Assembly (NCBI GenBank): GCA_964187785.1
Contig: OZ076409.1
Location: 14,696,001 to 14,760,000, forward strand
DNA: 64,000 nt
Origin: Amphiscolops sp. MND2022
Taxonomy: Eukaryota
Direction of reading: 5' to 3'
The position numbers were made by a program, and so were the translations under genes. Within the stretch, counting starts at the first letter, position 1. Every line of letters begins with the position of its first letter. Shown here piece by piece: positions 46,442-59,070 of the stretch. Under the pieces are notes generated by a model. That model ran no database searches. It saw only the letters and a list, made by a program, of their open reading frames with translations, and was not told the DNA's origin.

Positions 46442-49400
46442 ATTTATTTTTTGAAAGTATTTTTCATACTGTATAGCGTGAATAAACTGGAAGAATCCCA
46501 CTGAGCACCGCAATATTTTCGGCGTGGATTACTTTGGAAAAGACGTATTTTAAAAAGGCTCGAGCATAACAAACACTCATTCCGTCAAGAGGTTCAAAAT
46601 GCTAGAATCAGAAAATAAAAAATTGACTTTTTAGTAAATTAGCCGTTTTTGTTTCAGGCAATATGAGAAGCATCTGAGTAGCTATTTTTTGCTTATGCTT
46701 TATGTGGAAACAAAAAATTTTTTGAAACTCAAATTCAAATATCCATAAAGTTACAAAAACTGCATAATACATCATAAATTAGAATTTTACATTTTCGGCT
46801 CTCATTAATCTTCTTTTGAAAAAACACCGAATTTTTAACTACAAGAGAATGATACGATCTCTAATTGCTTTGTAGTCAAACTCTGTGGACAATCATTCTC
46901 ACAAAAGCATTCAAAAATGAACATCAAATGCATCCCCTTTCGAAAACTGAAAAATTTGATTCTTTGATACATTTTCAGCTTCTTCAAAAAATATGCCTTT
47001 TCACCAGAGAAATAGTAGCTGATTCTTTAATTTTTTGTTCTTCAGGATAAAACGTACAAAAACAGAAAAACTGACACTTGTAGGTTCATTTTGGATTTAT
47101 TTCGGAATAAAGCTCGGTACCTCTAATCGGCGATTTTGTTTAAAAAAACGCAGACTAGAGTAATGGCTTTTTAAAAGACCAACGGACTGACATATTTCTG
47201 TAAGTTTCTTTAACCTCATCAGCACACCGAGAAGTCGAAAGATTGACAAAAATTTAGCAAAATTTTTAATGCCTAATTTCTTTACGAATAAAAGCCACAG
47301 CTCGAATCGGTTTTCTGCTCCTGAAAGCCCTTTACCTAAGCTTTCAAATGCACACTAGCTAAGCAGAGAGTCGCCGCCATGTTTTGGGGTGAGATCGCCA
47401 CCCCGGGCTTTCAAAATGCCGGTCGAACTCTTAGCAGAAGCAGGAAAAAAACGTCCATATGCGTTTTCATTGGTGGCAAACTGTGTCACTAGAGTGTGAC
47501 AGTAACTTAGCAAACAGTTGCTGTGTTATTGAGAAAAGGCTAATTTTCTGAAAAGTATTTTTCTGCAAATGTTCACTTTTTTCCTGTTAATTTTTTGCCG
47601 GTGGTTCCAAAAACAAACTATATTGACACAAATAAAAACTCGCCCATAAATAGTCCAATAGATTGTTCAAAAGAAAGACAAACTTTCGTTTTCCTATATG
47701 CTTTTTGCGTTTTGTAATTTTTTGTGAAAAAAATTCGCTGTCCTCATTTGAGGACAAAATCACTAAACGAGGATAAGCTGGTAAAGTAACATTAGCACGA
47801 CCACTTGCAATAGTGAACGAGTGTGTGGCTGTAAAGCAAGGGTTTTTGAGTTCAAATTCCACAAGACATTTTTTTGATTTTCGCAAAAGTGAACAAGACG
47901 TTTTTCTGCGCTGTACGACTTTCAAATTTTCGAAATTTCATCAGAGGGTGTCCGCCTCCGTTTTTCGAACTGTTCGGTTCGAGAGAAGTGTTTAGCGAGC
48001 CTACAGTGTCTGTTTTTTGAGATCTTTGGCACTGTGCAATTTTTTTCAAAAAAAATCTGAATTTTTTCAAAATTTTGAGTTATGTTTCTAGTTCAGAAAA
48101 AAAGATGTTTTCGAGCATTAAGAGTACCCTTTCCGGTAAGTTTCAGCACTGTATGTTATTGAAAAGTTTCACATTAGTTGTCCCTTGATCACTTTAAACA
48201 CATTTGCACTTTTTGAACCGGGCGACGATTACTTACCGACATCTCATACACCACATCGTGTTCCCTCAAATTTGAAAACGTCGGTACTTTTGGGGAAAAA
48301 ACTCAATCTTCTTTAAACAAAAGTTTGCTATGTAGCTTATGACTTCGTTTTACCACCCGGTGGAGATTTATACTCACGGAAACATTCGATGATTGCATGA
48401 AGCATTCGAAAGTTGAAAAATATGGACTTTTTTCCTTTGGGCTTTTTTGGAATTAAAACTGTCCACTAAAGTAAGCCAGGTAGCCAAATGTGCTGAACTC
48501 TGTTAATTACGTTCAATAAAACAATGTGCGGAATTTGTATACAACTGTCGAAAAATGTTTGTTTCTACAGGGGCGTAAATATTAAATTCAGATTGCTCTA
48601 TTGGAAGGTATGTCAAGTAGGTAATTATTTCGTCGTCGTTTATGCGGAATTTCGCATCCATTATAACAATCAAATGTTTTAAAATACCTAAAATGGTCGA
48701 AACTTAATCCCGGAAGGAAGGTTGAACGAAAACATTCAACATTCTTTTAAAGCGTACAAGTTGACAAAATGCCGGAATGAAATTTTTACTGACAACCTTC
48801 ATTTGGGTACGAAATGTGAACATGGCGAAATTCGGAAAACGCGACTGGAGGTAATTTTTCTTTCTCATATGGTAGCATGGGCGAAAAATATTTTGAAAAT
48901 ACCCTAATAAAGGATAAAATAATCTTTTTTAAGTTTGAAATCTGGAATTTTCCCACAAGATCAAATTTGAGAATAAGTTTTTTAGATGAAGCAATCAGAC
49001 AAAGAGGGCGTTTTATAGATCTCTTCAATAGGATTTCCTATAAAGGAAATAGGAAATTTTAACACAGAGGCGAAGCCGTGCTTCGCAAACACTTGCGAAC
49101 TTTTGAAGAAAACCAAATAAGCAATATCATACGGAAAACCAAGGGTAAAAGGAGATTAAAATTTCATCAATTTAACAGCGCCAAAAAATACTCGAAGGGA
49201 TACGCGTGAGCCTCGAAAACCATTCTTCCCCAACTGAAAACAGCAAAAAACCCATTCTTTCTCAACGGAAAACCTTAAACAGAAAATAGAAAAAAATCAA
49301 AATTTTACGAAAACATTTTTGATGGTCTCCGGTAAGTCGCAAAGCCTTGAGGAGTCCTCTCGCAAAACGTTTCGTTTCTTGTAAAAATTGAGCAGGGGCT

Positions 49401-49928
49401 TTCGGTGAAAACAAATTTTAAAAAGTCGCATAGAAAAAAGATCGGTCTTTAAAAAAACGGTCTTTAAAACTAAAAATTGAGAAAAAAAATTCCGAATTTT
49501 TTCGATTTTTTTTAAAGTTTCCGCTAAGTCGCATAGTGCCGAAAAATGTGAAAAGGGGACCCTTTAGGATTTTATAACATTCGTTCTGTTGCAAGATATC
49601 AAAAAATTGAAAGGAGGACGCTTTGGGGACATTAAAAAATTTTTGAAAAAAATAAGGGAGTCTAAAAAATTTTTGAAAAAAATTAGAATTTTGAACAGTC
49701 TCATAAGGCCGAAAATTCTGAAAAAAGGGACCCTTTGGGATTTTTTAACATTCGTTCTCTTGCAAAATATCACAAAAATTGAAAGGAGGACTCTTTGGGG
49801 ACATTTGAAAAATTTCGAAAAAAAGTCTCACAAAGCCGAAAAAAGTCTCACAAAGCCGAAAAGTCTCATAGTGCCGAAAAAAGTCAGAACCTTCTGCTTC
49901 GGAATACTTGTAAAAATATTAGCGCATA

Positions 49929-49997
49929 CCCACGGGTTCGAACACGAAACCTCTGGGTTGAAAAGCAAGCATCTTACCACTAGACCACGAACGCGTG
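49929..49997 (-). other. tRNA-derived sequence (A box TGGTCTAGTGG, B box GTTCGAACC) inside HINE-type repeat DNA; not a functional tRNA
   Basis: Minus strand CGTTCGTGGTCTAGTGGTAAGATGCTTGCTTTTCAACCCAGAGGTTTCGTGTTCGAACCCGTGGG; anticodon and acceptor stems imperfect. Confidence 0.6.
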
Positions 49998-50913
49998 AAA
50001 CGTGCGAGTTGCCGCGTGAAATCAGAGAGTTGTCGCGCGGAAAAAAAAGCACCCGCACTTTCCCATAACACTTGCTTATCGCAAGTGTAAAAAGTTTATA
50101 GGATCCTTGTATTAGTCCACTGATCCAAATTGCATCCCAGTCAGTAAAAATACAGCCATCGGTAAAAAGTGGCAACTAAGAGATACAAAGCACGTAGAAC
50201 TTATTTCATGAACAATTGGTGTCATCGCAAGTCTACTTAGTTTGTCACTCAAGAGCAAATATTTGGAAAAAAGGCGAGCTTGAAATAATATATTATAGAG
50301 GTTTGATTAGTATTAATAAATTAAGACATACGTAGCTCTGGACAACTCATACATTCATACCTTGATTTGTTTGTGAAAGGTTAAAAATATGACCATTTTT
50401 TCACTATTAACACTAACAATTGAAAAAATACAGCCATTCAGAAATAAACATTGTAATGACAACTAGCATCAATGTTTAACATTGCAGTATAAAATTATAA
50501 AATTGTGAGTTATTGATATGTGTTAGTTTGCACATACTGTTAGCTTTCATCCACTGATTTGATTGCATTGTGATTACTCAGATTAATGTACAAAATATAA
50601 GCTAAATTCATACCAGTTTTTTTTCATTGAAAAAAAACTGAAAAACACAGGCAGAGGAAGGCACACTAATCTCAATATGAGAATTCTTCCTTTCGCGGTC
50701 AATGAAACGAAATTCTGAAGAGGCCAAGCAATGCCTAATTATTATACAAATGATCATTTAGATCATCCCGATCACTTGATTCCTATTCGAGTTGTTTCAT
50801 CAATTTCGATTAACTGACATAATCGCCTCTCGGAAGAGTTAGCATGCCACATCGTTTCATTTCAAGAGAGGTGTGTGTGTGTGTGGGGGGGGGGGGGTTG
50901 GAGGGGTGTGAGG

Positions 50914-51207
50914 CTAAAAGCCCTCTGTAGTTTTGTGTTTCTCTACTTTGTATGTCTTCTCTGCCTCGTAGATCTCGTCCTCAATTCTGCAGACGAGAAA
51001 GAGGCAGAAGGCACCAAACAGCACGATGCAAGACGCCCACCCACAGCCGTAGCCCCACCCGAAGTACCATCTCCTCTTCTGGGTGTAGTAGTCCTCGTCT
51101 GGGTCCATTCGCACGTCAATGTGATCAAACACCTGTTCAAACGAGGCAACCAGGGTTGGTTGAAAAACGTTCAAAAGTATTTTTATACGTTTTACATCGT
51201 TTGAGAG
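50914..51207 (-). CDS. TMEM47: TMEM47/PERP-like (PMP22/claudin superfamily), last exon
   Basis: TTTTCAG|CTC, phase 0; WYFGWGYGCGWASCIVLFGAFCLFLV (TM4 signature); stop at 50914-50916. Confidence 0.82.
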   Translation of the reverse strand, partial: LSNDVKRIKILLNVFQPTLVASFEQVFDHIDVRMDPDEDYYTQKRRWYFGWGYGCGWASCIVLFGAFCLFLVCRIEDEIYEAEKTYKVEKHKTTEGF

Positions 51208-51341
51208 CTGAAAACTCAGTTCACTCATCATCACGAAAACTACTGAGAAAACGAAGCTGAAATCAGCAAGCGCAAGCATAATGCCTGCTTACGGACTTTC
51301 TCAGATTTCAAAGGCAAACTACTTTCTCCAATTTGCCCAAG

Positions 51342-51722
51342 TTTTTTAGTCGGCGTTTTCGAAGAAAATCCCGACTCTTACAGTGGCTAGTTTTTTTTCG
51401 TCAGTTCAACGCGTAACGTCCACTTTTTGTGTATTAAGGCAATTAATGCACATTTACCAATTTTTACCATATGTACTTAGTACTTCATTTTCAACGCATC
51501 CAAAGCGTCTAACATGAGATAAAAAGCGTCCCCCCTTTTACATTTTTCGGCACTATGCGACTTACCGGAAACTTCGAAAAAAATTCAAAAAAAAATTCGG
51601 ACTTTTTTTTCTCATTTTTTAGTTTTTTGAGAGCTTTTGTTGTCTCCAGTTGTAGAAAAAGTAGTTTTCGAGTCTTTTTGAGCCTTAGATATGGCGCCGA
51701 CTTGGGCCGTTCCCGGCTTGTT
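51342..51722 (+). mobile_element. HINE-like element
   Basis: TTTTTTAGTCGGCG ... GGCGCCGACTTGGGCCGTTCCCGGCTTGTT. Confidence 0.7.
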
Positions 51723-52185
51723 ATAATTGGTTTTGACGATACTGTCAACTCAGAAAATTCTAGCTACCCGAAAAAATCTTGCTACTTGAGCTACTTGTTT
51801 TCTTCGTTTGGTATTTGAGAACTTCGCTCCAGAAAATTTATAAAACCGTATTGAACAGTGAATTAGGTCGCTTGTAAGCGAAAGCGCCGTAATATTCGAA
51901 TAAGCGCCGACAGCTCAAATTTGCGCCTATCTGATTGGTAAGAAATTAGTTATTTTGGTAACAAAAAAGCCCAACTCTTACAGTTGCAAGTTTTTTTGTA
52001 TCGAACGCTTTACCCGACACCAGAGCAGTTAAAAGATTTATATCCTGTGGAGGTAGTTTGTTGACAAAAGGAGCAACAGATCGTATTTTCCAAAAGTTCG
52101 AAATGTTGAAAAAATTTTGCAGCTTTTGAAAACAAATTCGCTGAACCAATGTTTTCTTGCAAAAAGCGTCGCTTAAGCATTAGCT

Positions 52186-55118
52186 TGGGGGTCAAAATCC
52201 ATCCTCTCCTCCACGTGGTGACCCCTGGGGTAGGCTCTAATGTCGGCTTACATGGCCACTCAGAGCTGAGCTAACGAGGAAATGGTCTGAAGAAGGCAAT
52301 GACAAACCACTTCAGTATTGTACCAACCAAAACCATGAAATCACTTATCGAACACAGACAAAACGGCGTAAACGGAACCCAAAAGGGAGCCGCGCTCGGC
52401 AAGGATCGTGCACCGGGACAGGGCACACAGGGTCGTCACTCAACTACTGTTCCAAAACGTTTAAAAATTGGCACATGGAATGTAAAGACACTCATACAAG
52501 CAGGAAAGTTACAAAATGTCAATAAAGAGATGGAAAGAATGGAAATCGACATACTCGGTATAGCAGAAATTAGATGGCCTGGGTCCGCATGTGGAAAGAG
52601 TGAACTTTACACTGTAATCTACTCAGGAAAAGAAAGCTCGGCAGAGAGTGGGGTAGGTATCATCATAAGTGAGAGGTTGTCGCGGACACTGCTAGGTCAT
52701 AAAGCCATCTCTGACAGGGATAAAGCTGGTAGCAGCAAAGCTCAGCGCCTCTCCGTTTGACTTGTTCATCATACAAGTTTATGCACCGACTGCACTCGCG
52801 GATGATGCGGATATCGAAAAGTTTTATCAAGAGATGGAAATGGCAATGAAGGAAGCGTAAAGCCGAGATCTAACGATTGTGAAGAGCGACTTCAATGCTA
52901 AAATCAGGAAAAGGCAGATCAGGTTGTGCAGTGGGAGACTTTGGTCTAGGTGAGCGAAACGACCGAGGCGATATCATGGCCGAATGGGCTGAGACCAATC
53001 AGCTTGTTATCACAAACACCTGGTTTCCGGACCACAGGCGGAAGCTGTACACATAGGTCAGTCCTGGTGACCGAGCGAGAAACCAAATTGACTTCATCTG
53101 CGTTCAGCGAAGATTTCGGAATACAATTCGAAGTTGCAGAGGGTACCCTGGAGCAGATTGCGACAGTGATCACGTGCCAGTTGGAGCAATATGCGAGGCC
53201 AAGTTGAAAAATGTTAAAAAGGGCTAGAACCAAGAATGTGTATCACTATGACAAAATGGACACAGAATCGCTACAAGACGCCATCAAGGAAATGCAGAAA
53301 GTCAACAATCAGATCAGAAGTGAAAGCCCAGAAGTTCAATGGAATCGATGGAAAGAATCATGCTCAGAGCATTGATCATGTCACTACGAGAAAGCGGACG
53401 AAATATAAACCATGGAAGACTACAGAAATTCTGGATATGATAGAAAATCGACGTCGCTATAAACACAATGCTAAAAAGTATCATGAACTGAGCCGCATAG
53501 TGAAATTACTGTGCATTGAGGCGAAAGAAAACTTTCTGAACACCAAATGTGAGAAGATTGCGCAAACAGTTAACTGCACGCCAAAGCAGTGTCACTGACT
53601 CATCAGGGAGGTCGCTGGTAAAGGCAGAGCAAAACATGTGGCCGCAACCCTCAAAGATGAGACTGGAAAAATACTTTATGATCAAAAGGATACGCTGTCA
53701 CGATGGGAACGATACGTTGCTTCGCTCTATAGAGATCCCAACAGTGATAAGAAAACAATAGCTTTCGAAGGGCAGCTCACAGGTGAGCCAATCATGCGGA
53801 AGGAAGTAGAGTATGCTCTGAAGTGCATGCGCCCAGTGAAAGCCTGTGAATATGGGATTCCAGGCGACTCTGTATGAAGAAGGTAAACTCCCGGATGAAC
53901 TTACACCGAGTGTTTTCGTTCCATTGGCCAAGAAACGTGAAGAAAAAAAGTTAGCGCCGAAGTCAATGAATGTCAGTATGGCTTCGTACCAGATAAGGGC
54001 ACAAGAAAAGCCATCTACGTACTCAGAACCCTTGACGAACGGTGTCGCGAAGCAAACGGCAAATTGTACTGCTGCTTCATTGACTACACAAAAGCGTTTG
54101 ACAGAGTGCGGCATATTTTGTTCGCGATTTTAAGCGAAAGAGATCTGAGAGAAAAAGACTTGAGATTAGAACAAGATCTTAATTTCAATCAACATGCTGT
54201 AATCAAACTGGACAAAGATTTGTCACATGAAGTTCCAATCGAGATAGGCGTCAGACAAGGTGATGTTTTATCTCCGGGCTTTCTCTCCATATACAGAGAA
54301 ATGATTACGAGAAGCATTGACAAAGAAAAAGGCGTGAGTGAATGGCGTCAACTGGAATAACATCCGATATGCTGACGACACTGTGCTCGTGGTTACAACA
54401 GAAAAAGACCTAAAGACTCTACTAGATGTTACCGAAAGAAGTCAAAAATTCAACATGGAAATGAACGTAAAGAAGGCCAATGTTTTAGTTATCTAAGAAC
54501 CAAATCACACGAGTCAATCTAGAGTTGAACGGCCAAGTCATTGAACAAGTTAAATGCTTCAAATATCTAGGCTCCATTATCACAGATGATGGGCAGAGTC
54601 AGCGAGAAGTTTCAACCAGAATAGCTGAAAACAAGCAAGCATTCAACAGAATGAAAACTGTTCTAATCCTAAAGTGACAATGCGGATAAGGTCGCGAGTT
54701 TTGAGATGTTACGTCGAACCTTTATTGTATGGTTGCAAGACTGGGACCCTGATGACGGTAGAACGAAATAGACTGATGGCCACTGAGATGTGGTTGCTTC
54801 GGAGAATGCTGAAAGTTAGATGGATTGATAAAATGACAAATGAAGTACTCCGGCGAGACACAACGAAACAATGGATCATTCAGACTATAGCGAAACGTCA
54901 AGTTTCCTTTTTTGGGCATGTGATGAGGAAGGATAAGATCGAGCAGCCTGTCAACATGTAAAATCATTGGGAAACGATCCAGAGGAAGACAGCCGACAAA
55001 GATCACGGACCAAATCAAAGATTGGACTATTACTTCCTGTAATTACGTTGTTTTCAAGCGTGCAAGGGAAAGAAATCTCATGGTTGCCGACGTCTTTGGA
55101 TATGAAACTTAAAAGAAG
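52186..55118 (+). mobile_element. Full-length RTE-clade LINE with decayed ORF, in TMEM47-like intron 2 (antisense to the gene)
   Basis: APE motifs IGTWNVKTL, ILGIAEIRW; RT motifs FIDYTKAFDRV, GVRQGDVLSP, NNIRYADD, FKYLGS; C-terminal EMWLLRRMLKVRW; (AAG)n tail; 11-bp TSD AAGCATTAGCT (52175-52185, 55119-55129). Confidence 0.93.
52187..52285 (+). ncRNA. HDV-like self-cleaving ribozyme at the RTE 5' end
   Basis: P1 GGGGGTC/GACCCCT; P2 CCAT-CCTC/GAGG-ATGG; P3 (T)CC/GG(T); L3 TCCACGT; P1.1 GG; P4 GCTCT/AGAGC; J4/2 CTAA with the catalytic C at 52271. Confidence 0.85.
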
Positions 55119-55833
55119 AAGCATTAGCTGGCCAGTCATAAGCGCAACAGGCGATAAGCGCGTTTTTTGGTAAAACGTAATTCACTGGTATTGAACAGAT
55201 ATTCAAAATAGTGAACCTTGGATATGACTTGTAAAACTCAACCAATGATGCGGCGCATATTTTCTGTTCAATTTAGCGCTTTACTTCGAACTTCAATGCA
55301 GCTTCAACCAGGAGTTGAAAATTCCTAAGCTTCAATTGAACACAGTTGATCGGTTCAATAGGTACGAGACAAAAGGGCCCCGATCAAAGGCTATAGGGGG
55401 ATTGCTGAATCTTTTCTACCGCCAACTTCAAGTTCCCCAATCCAAGTTTTCCATTATCAGTTTTTCATTTTAAAATAGTGTAATGACTAATTGCTTCGTT
55501 AAGAAATTAATATATTTGATTCAGAAATGCCAATTTTGGCAGTTTAAGGTGTTCTCAATGGGAACTTATTAGGTATAAATGTCAAATTTGGCATTACCAG
55601 TGACTTATTATTTCTTTTGAACACCTTCAATCAAGTTTAATTAGAGGCGGTGAAAGCAGCTCAAAAAATGAGCGCGATTGTATCGGGGCACTTTTGACTG
55701 GTGCGTTCATAACTGTGTAAAATGGGCGCTCATAACTGTCTAAATTGGGCGCTTTTGTCTGTACTCCTGTGTTTGAAAATTACCGCCCCTATCAGGCCAA
55801 TGAGATTTGTAGAACTGTTGAACACACACAAAC

Positions 55834-56105
55834 CCTTGAGAACATGACGACGAAGACGATGAGGGCAACGGACATGAATATGAGGCTGATGAAGGCGAAG
55901 CAAGCGGCCACGTTGGCTGCTGATTGGCTGTTCCAGAACAGACTGACGACGATGGCACCTATCGCGAGCCCTGTCACTGCGAGCGAGATGATGACCAGCA
56001 CTATCACTGACTTCAGCCACGAGGGCTTCGAGTCTATGTCACTGCACACCGTCTTCTCCCGCACTCGGTACTCTCTACCGTTCTCCTCAGTTGTGATGTA
56101 GTGGC
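55834..56105 (-). CDS. TMEM47: TMEM47/PERP-like exon 2 (TM2-TM3)
   Basis: TTCAG|GC, phase 1; donor AGG|GTTTGT; C...PSWLKSVIVLVIISLAV and two hydrophobic helices. Confidence 0.85.
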
Positions 56106-56999
56106 CTGAACAAACGAACACGGAAAACTTGAAGGAGCATTCTCGGAAACGAGTCAGATAACTCGGATAAAAGAAACTCAGAGGGCGGTAAGAAAATAGT
56201 TTCTTATGTGCATAGTTTCTTTTATCAGTTGTTCTATTAACGTATAAAGTTTGTATTGCTTAAAGGCGGAGGATTGAAAACGTTTCTTATATCCAAATGT
56301 TTCTTTTATCCGTGTTTCTTTTATCCGAGTTCGACTGTATTAGCAGAGTTTTGATGACACCGCTAATCGCTAAAGCGCTAATTTCAAAACCGCTATTTTG
56401 CTGAAAACCTCTTACTTCGAACTATTAAATATTTGAATTCAAGAATGTTTTGAATATGAACGATAACTCAATTTTTGCAAGAAAAAAACTAGAATTTTTT
56501 ACTACTGTGTGGGCTTTTACACAGATGAAGAGTGGGTATTTTTCGAGATTCATTTTGGAACTCCTTCTATTTTCCGAGTATTTTTGGGAATTTAGAAAAT
56601 TTATTAGTTGCCGCCAATTTGAATCGCTAATAGAATGGCTGAAAAACCTTCTGCACGGCCGCTAGTTCGTTGATTAGCGCTCTGAAAACTCTGATTATTA
56701 ATTAGAAAGGGAAAAATAAGAACCATTACCTAAAGGGAAAACACCAAAACCTCGAGCTACAATTATTTGTACTATCTCGGAAAAATTCAAAGACTAAAAA
56801 TCTAGTCAAATAAATCATCAACGAATAGTCCCACGGAGACAAATATAAGTACTTTTTCGATAATCATTTCGTAAAAAATGTCAAAAAATTGGTTCCACGT
56901 TTATCAGTCAGAACATAACAAATTCGAACGTAACAGATTCAATGTCGGTCATCCAATAAAAGCTTTCGGAAACTATTCAAAAGGACATCCAAGACTAAC

Positions 57000-57216
57000 C
57001 CTCTGGGTATTTTCTACAACTGGTCCACAGGCCCTGAGAATAGACGTCGTTTTTGCTGTGGGCCCACCAGCCTGAGAAAAGTGCGCAGAGGGTGAATACT
57101 ACGGCGACGATCAGACACAACAGTCCTATCAGACGAAAAGGGCGGCAAATACACTTAGTAACTGTCACTTCATCAAAGTCCTGTTCGTCATCGTAACGAG
57201 GCGAAGCGTTAGCCAT
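57000..57216 (-). CDS. TMEM47: TMEM47/PERP-like first coding exon
   Basis: MANASPRY...RPFRLIGLLCLIVAVVF...W..GLWTSC (claudin W-GLW-C motif); donor G|GTTAGT; the spliced CDS is 260 aa. Confidence 0.85.
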
Positions 57217-57649
57217 TTCACTTCTTCCCACTGACACCTTCAGAGGAACACTTTCTGAAAAAAAAACGACATTTGAACATCGAGACAGAAAGAGAAAGCT
57301 CTGACATTGAGTCTTAAAGAAACCAGGATCTACTGATTGAGCGCAGCTTAAAATTGGTTACACTAATTCCCGTTCACTAATTCACATTTTATATATCAGG
57401 AACATTTAAATAGACCAAAAATATCACATGCAAGTTAAAAACGTCACTTGGTTAGACTTCCAAGAATGTCCTATTGACGTTGCAAATATACGAAGAACCA
57501 CCATAGGATATTAGTTGAGAGAGAAACAATCTCCTGTGCATTTTACACAAGTCCGTATACCCAAGTCGACGCCCCCTCGAAGCATTTGTGCGTAGTACCG
57601 GACGTGGTATTATTTATCAAACAAGTTCTTGTGCGGAAATCCGAAGAAC

Positions 57650-58414
57650 ATAGAGGTTTTTTTAAAAAAAATCAATGTTTTCAAACGATTTCACAAAAGA
57701 ATTGGGTTGTAAGTTTTTTCTAGGTGTTTTTTCACACGAAATATGCTAAATTTTCAAAACATTTCACTATTTAAGGCTATTTCAGGTAGTCATGCCTCGT
57801 GTGAAAGACCCAATTTGGAGCGATTTCTTGCAACTGAAAGTTGAAAATTCACAACGAGCCAAATGTGTCAAGTGCGGGATTGAAATGGTGGCACTGGTCT
57901 CCAGAATGAAAAAGCACCATTTCAGCTAATGCCCAGCAAATGACGAAATTGAGGAGACTGTTCGAGAAGTCAACGGACCCCCTGCAAAGCGAAAATGTCT
58001 AGAGCAAACAACATAGGGCTTGGTATCAACATCGGCAACTAAACAAGAGGCAATCGAACACAAATTGCTAAATTCATTCAACGCGGTGGAAGGCAGTTGT
58101 TCGACTTGGATTTGATGCTGGGTTATCGGCACTGGCTGAGAATATCGCATGCGGCATCGGGAGTTCCTCTGAATTGGAACGTCATTTCTCTACGTTGGGA
58201 CTTATGTACTTATGGATACGTGCGATCACCACTCGGTGTGAACAAAGCGAAGATTCTTGCTTTTCTACATCAAGAACTGAACAAATACAATTTGTTCATT
58301 GATTAATTGTGTTCGGTAAACAAAAAAGGGGAAAACATTCTTCGCAAAAAAAACGTATCGGAAAAAGACAAAAAAACTATTATTCGGAAAAAAAACACCA
58401 ATTTGGCCAACCCT
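57650..58414 (+). mobile_element. Internally deleted hAT transposon remnant
   Basis: N-terminal BED finger MPRVKDPIWSDF...RAKCVKCG...RMKKH from 57792, fused to C-terminal SSELERHFS...LGVNKAKILAFL; right end TTGGCCAACCCTG. Confidence 0.75.
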
Positions 58415-59070
58415 GGTTCCATATAACAAAAAGCCACAACAAAGTGGTCGATACTGTAATCATTTGAACAAAAGCCGTGCGTGACATTTATTTGACCGCT
58501 CCAAAGGCGCGGTTTTTAATAGAGGGTGTCTTTTACTCGAATAAACAACATTTTTAAAAGCGCATGCTGAAAAGTCCCGCATCATCAGCTTATAACATGC
58601 ACTCGTCGAATATTTTTGAGATATATTCGATTGCAAGGTATGTTCGAAAAACCAAATTTCACGAAAAACCAACTGACATCATTTGTTTAGTCATAACATT
58701 GCAATTTAAGCAAAATTCATACCAACTGCTGCGTAATAGGCTTGTTTTGAAACAATTTATACAGACTGTCGTTCTATCGAATACGAAAAGCGCAGTGAGA
58801 CACTTGAAAGACAGGTATTTTTCACACAGTTCTGACCAAAATATATGACCAATATATAGCAATATATGACCAATATGACCGACTATAGCAATATTACCAT
58901 CAGCCACATTCTTCGAAGCCAGTACAATTAGCAATACATTCAACATCAATTCAACAGTACCAAAATTTGCGCAATGGTAATTATAGAGGACCGAAACCTT
59001 TTGGAAACCAATGAAAAAACGAAAGCTTCATTTGACTGCGAGTTGTTTTCGCCCAAAGTAAAAATACGAG

